IMG/VR virus record: IMGVR_UViG_3300027963_000045
Strand: one strand, 5' to 3'
Length of the DNA: 57,608 nt
From: an uncultured virus (IMG/VR IMGVR_UViG_3300027963_000045)
Lineage: Duplodnaviria > Heunggongvirae > Uroviricota > Caudoviricetes
Position 1 is the stretch's first letter; each line of letters opens with the position of its first letter. The notes under the pieces were generated by a model that saw only the letters and a list, made by a program, of their open reading frames with translations, did no database searches and had not been told where the DNA came from. The translations under genes were made by a program, and so were the position numbers. Shown here piece by piece: positions 35,999-46,154 of the stretch.

Positions 35999-38900
35999 AT
36001 GGATCAACAAATGCAAGACCTAATTGACCAGCTGAGAGACTTGGTCAAATCTCTGGGTAAAACCAGCAGTACTGGACTGGCCGGCCAGGGAGCAATCACT
36101 GATTCAGGTATTAACAAATTGATCAATGCCCTGGGACAAGTAACTACCAAGCTTGACGGGGTAAAGCGTACTCGCGCTGAGGAAATGCAAGCAATGAAAC
36201 GGTTTACTGCAAATGTAAATCGAGCTAGCAAAGAGCAAGCCGAACAAGCCGACGAGATTGCTAAAAATATTCAGAAAACCAAAGAAGAGGCCGACGCTCG
36301 GGCTGAGGCTGCTAGAATTGCCAAACTCAGTGCCAAGGAACTTGCAGAAGAGCAAGCGGCTGCTGCCGCTGACAACATCAAGCGAGAGCGACAAATACGC
36401 AACGATGGTCTCAAGAATTTAATATCTGATAGTCGCAGACAAACCAGTTCAAGTCGAGCAGTATTTGACGAACTATCTACCACTGGCGGAAGCTTAGAAT
36501 TACTTAAAAATAAATTTTTAGATCTTGGCGGAGATAGTTTAAAAGCTCAGGCAGGTTTGCAATTATTTGTAGCTGGCATACAAGGTACTACCAAAGCTTT
36601 GACTAACATGACCGCCGCAGTTTACAAAGGTGAACGTGGCGCAATTACGTCAGCTAAAGCACTTACTGATTTTGCTACTCCAATTCTTGACGTAATAGAC
36701 AAACTAGGAATGCTGGTCAGCTTCCTGGGAATGTTTACACCAGGTGGCCTCCTGGCTAAAGGTGCTGTAGTGCTTGGTGGTGCATTGCTGTCAGCTGGTT
36801 CAGCCGCTGGCAAACTAGCAGTGAAATTCAATGAACTTGCCGCAGAACAAGCAGACAAGCTGTTCAAGAGCTTTAGAGAAATTAGCCAAGTTGGTGCCGC
36901 TGGTGCCGCAGGCATGGATGATGTCTTTACTACACTTCAAACACTGGGTATGTCTGTAAGTGAAATTGAAGACTTTAATAAATTGATTGTTAGTAGTGGG
37001 CAAAAGCTTGGGTTGCTTGGCGCTACAGCAGCCGAAGGTAAAAAAGAACTAGCATCAGTAGCTGGCGGTTTAGTAAAAAGCGATCTGGGTAGAAATTTAG
37101 AATTATTAGGTGTGAGTGCGCAAGAACAGCGAGAAGCCGCACTCACCTACATGACTATCCAGGCTAGAACTGGGCAGTTACAACTTAAAAATACCAACCA
37201 ATTGATACAGGAGTCGGGCAAATTTGTTCAAGAACTTGACATGGCAGCTCGTCTAACTGGTCAAACTCGTAAAGAACAAGAGGCCGCACGTGAAGCCAAC
37301 ATGGCAGAAAGTAGATTCCGTGCCGCACAATTTGCCGCACAGCAACGTGGAGATCAAGGTGAAGTTCAAAGACTAAACAAGGCTGGTGACATGGCCGCAT
37401 TGTTACGAGGTCTGGGCCTAGAAGATTTAGCCAAAGGTACACTACAGTATGCAGCCAGTGGCGGTGCAATGACCACACCAGAATCAATACAGGCCGCAAT
37501 GAGTCTTGGATTGCAAAATGTATTGAACAATCCTAATATTTCAGCAGTGGGCGCATTAGAACAAAGCCTTGGTGTTGCAAAAGATCAGTTAAAAACACTA
37601 GCTGAGACCAACAAGTATACTGGTGAAATAGTAGGCATACAACCAAATATTCCCAAGACACTTGATGCTATTCAGCGACTAGGTGAAATACAAAAAGCCG
37701 CTGCCAAAGAAGGTATGACGGTCGAAAAGTTCTTGGCCAGCGAGCAAGGCAAGGCAATGTTGGCCAAAGGCGACACTGCCAAGATGACAGATGCCGCACG
37801 TAATATGCAAAATGCCGCCTTGATGCAAGATAGCATAGTAAAAACTTACAATGGCGCGGCAATTATACACGAAGCCGCTTCCAAAACGTTTGCTGAAGCT
37901 GTTAATTTGTTTGCAAAAACTGTAGGTGCAAAACCAGTTGCCGGGGGACAACTACAGGTTGGACAACAAGCAACAGGCACACCACCAACGCTACCTACAC
38001 TAGCATCTGCAACAGCCGCAGAATCTGCAACTCAAACAGCTAAAGCGACCCAACAAATAGCAGATGCCAAAACAAAAGAAGCAGCCGTTGCAATAAAGCA
38101 AGTTAAAGAAGCCGAAGCTGAACTTGACCGACTGAAAAAATTAAAAGCACCTGTAGAACAACAACAAAAAGCACAAGAAAAAATTGTACAAGCAGTTAGT
38201 GAACGTGATCGTTTAGAACAAGAAGAAATCAAAGCCGCACGTGAAGCGGCTCAGCGAAATCTTGAAGCCAGAAATGCACGTCAACGTGCTAGACGTGAAG
38301 CAAATGCAGCCAAAGCCGCAGGCAGTACTGCTACAGCACCCACAGCACCCACAGCACCCACAGCTGGACCGGCCAAAGCCGCAGGCAGTACTGCTACAGC
38401 ACCCACAGCTGGATCAGCCACTACAGGGGCAAGTAGCTATTTAGAAAAACTTATACAAGCTGAATCAGGTGGTAAAAATATTGCTAATCGCAGTGGCCAA
38501 GGCGGTACATCAACTAGTACTGCGTTTGGACTAACACAATTTACTAAACCCACATTTGAAGGACTAGTTAAACAAGCTGGTCCAGATAATCCCTTATATG
38601 GTAAAACTTGGGATGATTACAAGCAAGACACTAACTTGCAACGGGAAGCCACACGGCAATTAACTGATAAAAATCGTAGCTTTTTAGCAAACCAAAAAAT
38701 CAGAACCACAGATTCAGCACTGTACCTGGCGCACTTTTTAGGACCAACTGGTGCAACTAAAGCATTGACTTTGCCAGATTCAGCACCGATTACTGATGCA
38801 GTTAGTCCAGAGCAATTGGATGCAAATCCTATGCTACAAAAAATGTCCACTGTGGGTGATCTAAAAACTTGGGCTGATAAAAAGATGGGCGGTGTTGGTT

Positions 38901-39199
38901 ATGCCATGGGCGGAATAGTAAGTGGTCCAACTTCTGGGTATCCTGCAACCTTACATGGAACAGAAGCCATTGTTCCTTTGCCAAATGGAAAGACAATCCC
39001 AGTGTCGTTTAAAGACGGCATGGATGACCTGGCCAACAAAGTATCCGAGGGAATTGTGCGAGCATTATCACAACAATCAACGCAGGTCAATGGTATATCT
39101 ACCAATCCAGAAATGGTGTCATTGTTGGCACAACTGGTTGATTTGCAACGTACAAACAACGATACTGCGTCTCGAATGTTGAGAGTATCCACAGGATAA
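35999..39199 (+). CDS. Tape measure protein with C-terminal lytic transglycosylase (SLT-like) domain
   Basis: Long helical Ala/Gln-rich body with a hydrophobic segment; AESGG...AFGLTQF...LYLAHFLG lysozyme-fold motifs; GGIVSGP...LHGTEAIVPL tail. Confidence 0.8.
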   Translation: MDQQMQDLIDQLRDLVKSLGKTSSTGLAGQGAITDSGINKLINALGQVTTKLDGVKRTRAEEMQAMKRFTANVNRASKEQAEQADEIAKNIQKTKEEADARAEAARIAKLSAKELAEEQAAAAADNIKRERQIRNDGLKNLISDSRRQTSSSRAVFDELSTTGGSLELLKNKFLDLGGDSLKAQAGLQLFVAGIQGTTKALTNMTAAVYKGERGAITSAKALTDFATPILDVIDKLGMLVSFLGMFTPGGLLAKGAVVLGGALLSAGSAAGKLAVKFNELAAEQADKLFKSFREISQVGAAGAAGMDDVFTTLQTLGMSVSEIEDFNKLIVSSGQKLGLLGATAAEGKKELASVAGGLVKSDLGRNLELLGVSAQEQREAALTYMTIQARTGQLQLKNTNQLIQESGKFVQELDMAARLTGQTRKEQEAAREANMAESRFRAAQFAAQQRGDQGEVQRLNKAGDMAALLRGLGLEDLAKGTLQYAASGGAMTTPESIQAAMSLGLQNVLNNPNISAVGALEQSLGVAKDQLKTLAETNKYTGEIVGIQPNIPKTLDAIQRLGEIQKAAAKEGMTVEKFLASEQGKAMLAKGDTAKMTDAARNMQNAALMQDSIVKTYNGAAIIHEAASKTFAEAVNLFAKTVGAKPVAGGQLQVGQQATGTPPTLPTLASATAAESATQTAKATQQIADAKTKEAAVAIKQVKEAEAELDRLKKLKAPVEQQQKAQEKIVQAVSERDRLEQEEIKAAREAAQRNLEARNARQRARREANAAKAAGSTATAPTAPTAPTAGPAKAAGSTATAPTAGSATTGASSYLEKLIQAESGGKNIANRSGQGGTSTSTAFGLTQFTKPTFEGLVKQAGPDNPLYGKTWDDYKQDTNLQREATRQLTDKNRSFLANQKIRTTDSALYLAHFLGPTGATKALTLPDSAPITDAVSPEQLDANPMLQKMSTVGDLKTWADKKMGGVGYAMGGIVSGPTSGYPATLHGTEAIVPLPNGKTIPVSFKDGMDDLANKVSEGIVRALSQQSTQVNGISTNPEMVSLLAQLVDLQRTNNDTASRMLRVSTG
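38309..38409 (+). repeat. In-frame duplication and 9-nt tandem repeats in the tape measure linker
   Basis: gccaaagccgcaggcagtactgctacagcacccacagc at 38309 and 38372, with acagcaccc units between (AKAAGSTATAPTA). Confidence 0.85.
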
Positions 39200-39214
39200 C
39201 ATAAGTAATACACT

Positions 39215-41005
39215 ATGTCATGGAAGAAATATTTTAAAGTTGCCAATGCCGGTGGAGAGCTTAGTCCACTAAGCGGACGAGATGCGGATGGCTTGCCAGG
39301 GTACGGGCGCAATGACGGTCGAGATCCACTGAGAGGACATGCAGAAATTGCATATCGCAATTATGCCAGTCGGTTGCCCGAAGTTTACACAGGACATCCA
39401 AACCGCGTTGCTCGATACAATCAATACGAACAAATGGACATGGACAGTGAAATCAATGCATGTCTTGACATTCTTGCTGAGTTCAGCACACAAGCAACCA
39501 AAGACGACAATGTTCCCTTCCAGGTTAACTACAATGATACCCCTACCGATAATGAAGTAAAAATTATCAAACAGCAGTTACAGCAGTGGGTCAAACTCAA
39601 CAAGCTAGATCAAAGAATTTTCCGTATCTTCCGTAACACACTCAAATATGGTGATCAAGTATTTGTGCGTGATCCAGAAACATTTGAAATGTACTGGGTA
39701 GATATGACCAAGGTTGCCAGAGTTATTGTTAACGAATCCGAAGGCAAACGTCCTGAGCAGTACGTTATCCGTGACATTAATCCCAACTTTCAAAATTTAA
39801 CAGTAGCCGCAAAAACTACCACAGACTATCAGTCTAATCCGGGTACATCTGGATATGTTGCACCTTACAACTACACAGTGCCTGGCGCAGGTGGTGGCGG
39901 AGGTAGTGGTGGCGCAGGCGCCAGCAGATTCAATGCCGCAATGAACGAAACTGTGTTAGATGCCAAGCACGTAGTACATCTTAGTTTAACTGAAGGACTG
40001 GACTACTACTGGCCATTTGGCATGAGCATTTTAGAAACAATTTTCCGTGTGTTCAAGCAAAAAGAACTGCTGGAAGATTCTGTGTTAATCTATCGTGTTG
40101 CCCGTGCTCCAGAACGTCGTGTGTTTAAAATTGACGTGGGTAACATGCCGTCACACATGGCCATGGCCTTTGTTGAGCGTGTTAAAAACGAAATTCACCA
40201 ACGTAGAATCCCAAGTCACACTGGCGGTGGTAACAATATCATGGATAGCAGTTATAATCCATTGAGTATTAACGAAGATTACTTTTTCCCACAAACAGCA
40301 GACGGTCGTGGTAGTAGCGTAGACACATTACCGGGTGGTGCTAATCTGGGCGAAATTGACGACTTAAAGTATTTTAACAACAAAATGTGCCGTGGTTTGC
40401 GTGTGCCCAGTAGCTATTTGCCCACAGGTCCAGATGACAGCGATCGCCCCATGAATGACGGTCGTGTAGGTACTGCGCTGATTCAAGAATATCGTTTTAA
40501 CCAGTACTGCGAACGCTTACAACGTTTGGTTGTACAAAAACTTGATGACGAATTCAAAATGTTCATGCGTTGGAGAGGATTTAATATTGACAGTGGACTG
40601 TTCTCTATTAACTTTAATCCACCACAAAACTTTGCCAGCTATCGCGAAGCCGAACTTGATACCACTAGAGTAACCACTTTTAGTTCATTAGAAGCAGTTC
40701 CTTACTTGAGCAAGCGTTTCTTGTTAAAACGTTACTTAGGTCTTACTGAAGAAGAAATTCGTGAAAACGAAGAGCTGTGGGAAGAAGAACGTGGCGAACC
40801 AGAATTACCAGCACCAACAGGACAGGATTTACGTAGTGTTGGCGTTACTCCAGCTGATATTGAAAGTGATATCACAACAGGTGAAGACTTGTCAAATATT
40901 GGTGGCGCAGAAGCTGGGGCAGTGGGTGCACCACCCACTGGATCTCAACCAGCAGCCGGTGCAGGAGTATCGGCAGCAGCCAGTGCAACACCGCCAGCAG
41001 GATAA
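39215..41005 (+). CDS. gp20: Portal protein
   Basis: LEDSVLIYRVARAPERRVFKIDVGNMP, EDYFFP...GRGSSV.TLPGG.NLGEIDD..YF motifs. Confidence 0.97.
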   Translation: MSWKKYFKVANAGGELSPLSGRDADGLPGYGRNDGRDPLRGHAEIAYRNYASRLPEVYTGHPNRVARYNQYEQMDMDSEINACLDILAEFSTQATKDDNVPFQVNYNDTPTDNEVKIIKQQLQQWVKLNKLDQRIFRIFRNTLKYGDQVFVRDPETFEMYWVDMTKVARVIVNESEGKRPEQYVIRDINPNFQNLTVAAKTTTDYQSNPGTSGYVAPYNYTVPGAGGGGGSGGAGASRFNAAMNETVLDAKHVVHLSLTEGLDYYWPFGMSILETIFRVFKQKELLEDSVLIYRVARAPERRVFKIDVGNMPSHMAMAFVERVKNEIHQRRIPSHTGGGNNIMDSSYNPLSINEDYFFPQTADGRGSSVDTLPGGANLGEIDDLKYFNNKMCRGLRVPSSYLPTGPDDSDRPMNDGRVGTALIQEYRFNQYCERLQRLVVQKLDDEFKMFMRWRGFNIDSGLFSINFNPPQNFASYREAELDTTRVTTFSSLEAVPYLSKRFLLKRYLGLTEEEIRENEELWEEERGEPELPAPTGQDLRSVGVTPADIESDITTGEDLSNIGGAEAGAVGAPPTGSQPAAGAGVSAAASATPPAG

Positions 41006-41013
41006 ATATTTCT

Positions 41014-41232
41014 ATGAATTTATTTGAACTTTACGAAAGATCTCCTAGTGCGTACCAAGATGTTGCACAAGACAATAGCCAACCTCGTCTTGGGGATCTA
41101 CGCAAAACAAAACTTACGTTAAGACAAATTAATAAATTACGCAAGCTCAATGATGTACGCAAGTATGAATTTAAAGAGCGTCTTAAAAGAGTACAGAAGC
41201 AGTATTCACCACCACCTGAACCACTATCTTGA
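41014..41232 (+). CDS. Small basic head-module protein
   Basis: RKTKLTLRQINKLR; located between the portal and core genes. Confidence 0.7.
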   Translation: MNLFELYERSPSAYQDVAQDNSQPRLGDLRKTKLTLRQINKLRKLNDVRKYEFKERLKRVQKQYSPPPEPLS

Positions 41233-41351
41233 CAACTTATTATAAAAAATAAGATTCTCAGTCATAAAACTTTAAAAAAACATAGTAAAACACTGATATT
41301 TTGATAATATCAGTAAATAATTCTACAGAGCCATTATCTTGGAGGGTACTC

Positions 41352-42134
41352 ATGAATAAATTTGAACAGTTAGTTGAATACGTCATTAATGACGAAGCAG
41401 ACAAAGCTCGTGAATTGTTTCACGAAATTGTTGTGGAGAAAAGTCGTTCTATCTATGAACAAATGATGGAAGACGAAGAGCTTGATGAAGCTAAAAACGA
41501 CGAAGAGCTTGATGAAGCCAAAGACGAAGATTTAGATGAATCTGAAGAAGAACTTGACGAAGCCGACATGGGCGGAGATCAAGCTGATGATCTTATCGAT
41601 GACGTTGAAGTTGAAGAAGAAGGTCTCAGCATGGAAAGTGAAGAAGACGAATTTGCCGACGAAGAAGACGGCGAAGACGGAAATCTTGAAGACCGCGTTG
41701 TTGACCTAGAAGACCAACTTGACCAACTTATGTCAGAATTTGAAGCTCTAATGGGTGACGATGCTGAAGTTGATGGTGAGTTTGCAGCCGATGCAGCCGC
41801 TGGTATGGACGATGAAGAAATTGACGATACTGAGTTGGAAACTGAAGGCATGATGGAAAACGTCAGCTTAAAAGCAGTTCCAAAGCCAACAGCTGGCGAT
41901 CACGGTGCCAACATCAAAAGCGTAGTAGCCGCTAACAGTGGCGCAAGAGGCGCAATGGCAAAGCCAGTTCGCCCAACAGGAACCGAAGCTCAAGGTCGTC
42001 CAGCCCCAACCGCTAAAGATGCAATTGGCAAGGTTGGTAACACCCCTGCTCAAAGCACACAAAAACCAACACCTGCTACTAAGCCACAATTAGGCCAGGC
42101 TGCTGGTGTGAACAGCAAAGCTGTTATTCAATAA
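41352..42134 (+). CDS. Highly acidic prohead core protein (gp67/gp68-like position)
   Basis: Start at ATG 41352 after a GGAGG SD; D/E-rich with repeated L-x-E (LDE) motifs typical of gp21 substrates. Confidence 0.7.
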   Translation: MNKFEQLVEYVINDEADKARELFHEIVVEKSRSIYEQMMEDEELDEAKNDEELDEAKDEDLDESEEELDEADMGGDQADDLIDDVEVEEEGLSMESEEDEFADEEDGEDGNLEDRVVDLEDQLDQLMSEFEALMGDDAEVDGEFAADAAAGMDDEEIDDTELETEGMMENVSLKAVPKPTAGDHGANIKSVVAANSGARGAMAKPVRPTGTEAQGRPAPTAKDAIGKVGNTPAQSTQKPTPATKPQLGQAAGVNSKAVIQ

Positions 42135-42145
42135 GGTCCCGGTAA

Positions 42146-42769
42146 ATGGCTCTTTACCTAAAAGAGAACTTGACTTTCGACGACGCTCGCATTATTGTTG
42201 AGGGCGTCGAAGGTAAAGATCTTTATATGAAGGGCATCTGCATCCAGGGTGGTGTGCGTAATGCCAACGAGCGTGTATATCCAGTTGGCGAAATTGAAAA
42301 AGCAGTTGGCACACTGAATGAACAAATTTCCAGCGGAAATTCAGTCTTGGGTGAAGTTGATCACCCCGATGATTTAAAAATTAATCTTGACCGTGTAAGC
42401 CATATGATGACAGAAATGTGGATGGATGGACCAAACGGTTATGGAAAATTAAAAATCCTACCAACACCAATGGGACAACTAGTGAGAACTATGTTGGAAA
42501 GTGGTGTTAAATTAGGTGTTTCAAGTCGCGGTAGCGGAAACGTTAACGAGGCTAACGGACATGTCAGTGATTTTGAAATAGTCACTGTGGATGTGGTTGC
42601 TCAGCCCAGCGCACCAAATGCATATCCAACTGCCATTTATGAAGGCATGATGAATATGAAGTATGGTCATCGTATGCTAGAGATAGCACGTGATGCTGGC
42701 AATGACAACAAAGTGCAGAGATATTTGAAAAGCGAAATCAAAAAGCTTATCAAAGATCTCAAGATATGA
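42146..42769 (+). CDS. gp21: Prohead core protease
   Basis: N.N.R.Y, GEVDHP, TP.G, GVSSRGSG, D.V..PSAP.A motifs. Confidence 0.96.
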   Translation: MALYLKENLTFDDARIIVEGVEGKDLYMKGICIQGGVRNANERVYPVGEIEKAVGTLNEQISSGNSVLGEVDHPDDLKINLDRVSHMMTEMWMDGPNGYGKLKILPTPMGQLVRTMLESGVKLGVSSRGSGNVNEANGHVSDFEIVTVDVVAQPSAPNAYPTAIYEGMMNMKYGHRMLEIARDAGNDNKVQRYLKSEIKKLIKDLKI

Positions 42770-42783
42770 TTTAGGAGAAATCA

Positions 42784-43872
42784 ATGCTAGACGCAATTAA
42801 ACCATTGCTAGATAGCGGCCTAATCAACGAGGACGTCAGCAAGGAACTCAACGAAGCTTGGGAATCTAAGTTGGTGGAGGCTCGTGAACAGGTACGTGCA
42901 GAACTCCGTGAAGAGTTTGCACAACGTTATGAGCATGACAAAAGTGTGATGGTAGAAGCCCTAGATCGCATGGTAACAGACGGTCTTACACAAGAGATCC
43001 AGGCTGTGGCTGCTGAAAAGCAAGCACTAGCTGAAGATCGCGTTAAGTTCCAAGTCAAGATGAAAGAATCTGCTACAAAGTTTAACGACTTTATGGTAGG
43101 AAAGCTTGCTGAGGAAATTGGCGAATTGCGTAAAGATCGTAAGATGCACAACGAATCCCTAGAAAAACTAGAAAAATTCGTTGTACGAGCTCTTGCAGAA
43201 GAAATTAGTGAATTTGCACAAGACAAAAAGGACTTGGTGGAAACCAAAGTTCGTCTAGTTAGCGAAGCACGTAATAAACTTGAAGGCTTGAAAGCACGTT
43301 TCGTCAAAGAAAGTGCAGACAAGATGAGCAAAGCTGTTAGCCAGCATCTAAAAACAGAACTTACACAACTTCATGAAGACATCAAAATTGCTCGCGAGAA
43401 CAGTTTTGGTCGTCGTATTTTTGAAGCTTACGCTGCCGAATTTGGTGCAACTCATCTCAATGAGAACGCAGAAGTTCGCAAGCTCAAGAAAGTTCTGGTA
43501 GCCAAAGATCATCAGCTTAGTGAAGCTACCCGTATTGTTCAACAGGCAAAAACTCTTGTTGAATCTAAGGACCGTGAGATTCGCGTGATCAAAGAATCCA
43601 ATGAACGTGCAAACGTCATGGAAGAATTGTTGGCTCCTCTTAATGAAGAGAAGCAAGCAGTCATGAAGAATCTTTTGGAAAGCGTACAGACTTCTCGTCT
43701 TAAAAACGCTTATGAAAAGTATCTACCAGCCGTACTTACAGACACAGCACCAAAAGCTCGCAAGGTAATTAGTGAGAGTGTTAGTGTAGTAACTGGTGAT
43801 AAAACCGTGCCAGCCGCGCAAGTTGAAGACCGCAGTAATGTGATCGACATCAAACGTCTGGCTGGTCTATAA
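42784..43872 (+). CDS. gp22: Prohead core scaffolding protein
   Basis: Coiled-coil E/K-rich protein between the protease and major capsid genes. Confidence 0.85.
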   Translation: MLDAIKPLLDSGLINEDVSKELNEAWESKLVEAREQVRAELREEFAQRYEHDKSVMVEALDRMVTDGLTQEIQAVAAEKQALAEDRVKFQVKMKESATKFNDFMVGKLAEEIGELRKDRKMHNESLEKLEKFVVRALAEEISEFAQDKKDLVETKVRLVSEARNKLEGLKARFVKESADKMSKAVSQHLKTELTQLHEDIKIARENSFGRRIFEAYAAEFGATHLNENAEVRKLKKVLVAKDHQLSEATRIVQQAKTLVESKDREIRVIKESNERANVMEELLAPLNEEKQAVMKNLLESVQTSRLKNAYEKYLPAVLTDTAPKARKVISESVSVVTGDKTVPAAQVEDRSNVIDIKRLAGL

Positions 43873-43897
43873 TTTAATAGAACAAAAGGAGACTTAA

Positions 43898-45115
43898 ATG
43901 TCACAAGAACTATTAGAAGGCCGTTGGGACGAGACCAAAGAAGCATTGCTCGAAGGACTCAAAGGAAACCGACGCAACTCTATGAACGTAATTCTCGAAA
44001 ATACTCGCAAGTATCTTCGTGAAAATGCCAGCGCAGGATCTACTGTATCTGGTAACATCGCTACATTAAACCGTGTGATTCTTCCAGTGATTCGTCGTGT
44101 TATGCCGACTGTTATCGCTAACGAAATCGTTGGTGTTCAGCCAATGACTGGCCCAGTCGGCCAAATTCACACACTACGTGTACGTTATGCATCTACAATG
44201 ACTGACCAAACAGCAGCCGCTACTTCTGTAGTTGCTGGTGAAGAAGCATTATCTCCATTCAAGATCGCTGTTGCATACTCTGCTGGCGCCCGTGGTGCTG
44301 ACAACGCTGCCACTACACAGACAGCCGCTCAAGGCTACGCTGGTGGTGCTACTGCTACCCTAGAAGGTAATGGTGGTCGTCAGATCTCTGTACAAATCTT
44401 GAAACAAGCTGTTGAAGCCAAGACTCGCAAGTTGCAAGCTCGTTGGACATTTGAAGCCGCTCAAGATGCACAAGCCATGCACGGTATTGATGTTGAAGCA
44501 GAAATTATGGCTGCTTTGGCTCAAGAAATCACAGCTGAAATTGACCAAGAGATTCTCTTGTCTCTACGCAGTCTAGCTCAAACTGAGTTTACATACAACC
44601 AAGCTACCGTTTCTGGTACAGCTACATTCGTTGGTGATGAGCATGCCGCATTGGCTGTTCTAGTTAACCGTGTTGCTAACTTGATCGCCCAACGTACACG
44701 TCGTGGCGCCGGTAACTGGGCTGTTGTTAGCTCTGCCGCTTTGACAGTGTTGCAATCTGCAACTACTTCTGCTTTTGCTCGCACTACAGAAGGTACTTTT
44801 GAAGCACCTACAAACACCAAGTTTGTTGGTACATTGAACGGTGCAATGCGTGTGTTTGTTGACTCTTATGCATCTGACTCAACACCTGTGTTGGTTGGTT
44901 ACAAAGGTTCTAGCGAAGCTGACGCAGCCGCTTTCTACTGCCCATACATTCCGTTGATGAGCAGTGGTGTTGTTCTTGATCCAACAACATTCGAACCAGT
45001 TGTGTCATTCATGACACGTTACGGTTACATTGAGTTGACAAACACTGCCAGCTCATTCGGTAACGCTGGTGACTATGTTGGCGAGATCGCTGTACAGAAC
45101 TTGTCTTTCTCCTAA
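43898..45115 (+). CDS. gp23: Major capsid protein
   Basis: GVQPMTGP.G.I, V.AKTRKL.ARWT.E.AQD..A.HG.D.E, FYCPYIPL, TRYG motifs. Confidence 0.98.
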   Translation: MSQELLEGRWDETKEALLEGLKGNRRNSMNVILENTRKYLRENASAGSTVSGNIATLNRVILPVIRRVMPTVIANEIVGVQPMTGPVGQIHTLRVRYASTMTDQTAAATSVVAGEEALSPFKIAVAYSAGARGADNAATTQTAAQGYAGGATATLEGNGGRQISVQILKQAVEAKTRKLQARWTFEAAQDAQAMHGIDVEAEIMAALAQEITAEIDQEILLSLRSLAQTEFTYNQATVSGTATFVGDEHAALAVLVNRVANLIAQRTRRGAGNWAVVSSAALTVLQSATTSAFARTTEGTFEAPTNTKFVGTLNGAMRVFVDSYASDSTPVLVGYKGSSEADAAAFYCPYIPLMSSGVVLDPTTFEPVVSFMTRYGYIELTNTASSFGNAGDYVGEIAVQNLSFS

Positions 45116-45134
45116 TCAGAGATTACACCCAAAC

Positions 45135-45159
45135 AAAAACCCGCTTCGGCGGGTTTTTT
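45135..45159. terminator. Bidirectional intrinsic terminator
   Basis: aaaaa-cccgc-ttcg-gcggg-tttttt between convergent genes. Confidence 0.92.
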
Positions 45160-45164
45160 ATTGT

Positions 45165-45407
45165 CTAATAATTGATCAAAAGTTTGATATCTTCGTGTTT
45201 GACAACTATGATGTTATGTACTTTGCTGTCAAATTTAATAGGTAAGTCGAGGTGAATAGTAATTCTAGCCCCAGTGTTATTAATTACAGTATCGTTGCCC
45301 ACTGTACCAATAAAAGGAATTTTATTCCATTTACCAAAAACGCGATCTCCTAGAAAGTATTCGGGTTTATAACCAATACGTTCAAAATAATCTGTTTGAT
45401 TTCCCAT
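45165..45407 (-). CDS. Small hypothetical protein (possible SH3-like fold)
   Basis: 80-aa ORF preceded by GGAGG; GDRVFGKW pattern. Confidence 0.7.
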   Translation of the reverse strand: MGNQTDYFERIGYKPEYFLGDRVFGKWNKIPFIGTVGNDTVINNTGARITIHLDLPIKFDSKVHNIIVVKHEDIKLLINY

Positions 45408-45485
45408 AATACCTCCAATGGTTGTGCTGTATTAGTTATTGTACATGTAATACTTCAAATGTCAATAGAAACGGGTAAATATAGA

Positions 45486-46154
45486 GTGGCTAAAATATTT
45501 TATACTCCCCCGGGCTATTCAGGAACAGCAGAATTAACTGCTAGTACTGGCCTTTCTATCACCGATCAAGGACATTGGAGATTCAGTCAATCTGGATTCA
45601 ACGATGGTGCAACGTTTGGGTTAAGCCTTGGCTGGCCCAACAAAACCAACAGCGGTGACTATTACTCTGGTGGTGCTAACTCGTTTAAAACAAAACCACT
45701 GAGTGGTGGGCATTTAGATTTAACAGCTACCAATTGGGCTATTGCAGTTATTGGTAATACACTGACTGATTATACTGATCCAGACACTCATGTAACTTAC
45801 CCAGCAAGTCAATGCAGAATACAAATCGTAGGTAAATGGGATGTCAAACGCGGTCAAAATACAAACAGTTACAACAGTTTTGGTATTTTTTATACTGGCA
45901 CAACAGCAACTGACTTAGGTAACAGAGAGATGGATCCATCATTGTTATCCTATCTTTCCCCTAGTGCAATATACACAATTCAAGGCGCCGATGTAACTGG
46001 TGGTGCATTGGACACGTTTAGTGGGCATGAATTTTATTGCAGAGTTACTGAAACTTCTAACAGTGACAACAGCAATAACGAATATCAAAGTAACACAATT
46101 ACTAGACCTGCCTGGGTGTACACTTATACCAAAAGTTGGGAAATTGAAGTTTAA
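45486..46154 (+). CDS. Hypothetical beta-rich protein, possibly virion-associated
   Basis: S/T/G/N-rich ORF; likely start GTG 45486 just after TAAATA rather than 45396. Confidence 0.6.
   Translation: MAKIFYTPPGYSGTAELTASTGLSITDQGHWRFSQSGFNDGATFGLSLGWPNKTNSGDYYSGGANSFKTKPLSGGHLDLTATNWAIAVIGNTLTDYTDPDTHVTYPASQCRIQIVGKWDVKRGQNTNSYNSFGIFYTGTTATDLGNREMDPSLLSYLSPSAIYTIQGADVTGGALDTFSGHEFYCRVTETSNSDNSNNEYQSNTITRPAWVYTYTKSWEIEV

Noticed and set aside
41229..41255. sigma70 promoter TTGACA...TAAGAT before the core protein gene
   Set aside because: 15-nt spacing in an AT-rich tract; the TAAATA at 41314 is a better explanation
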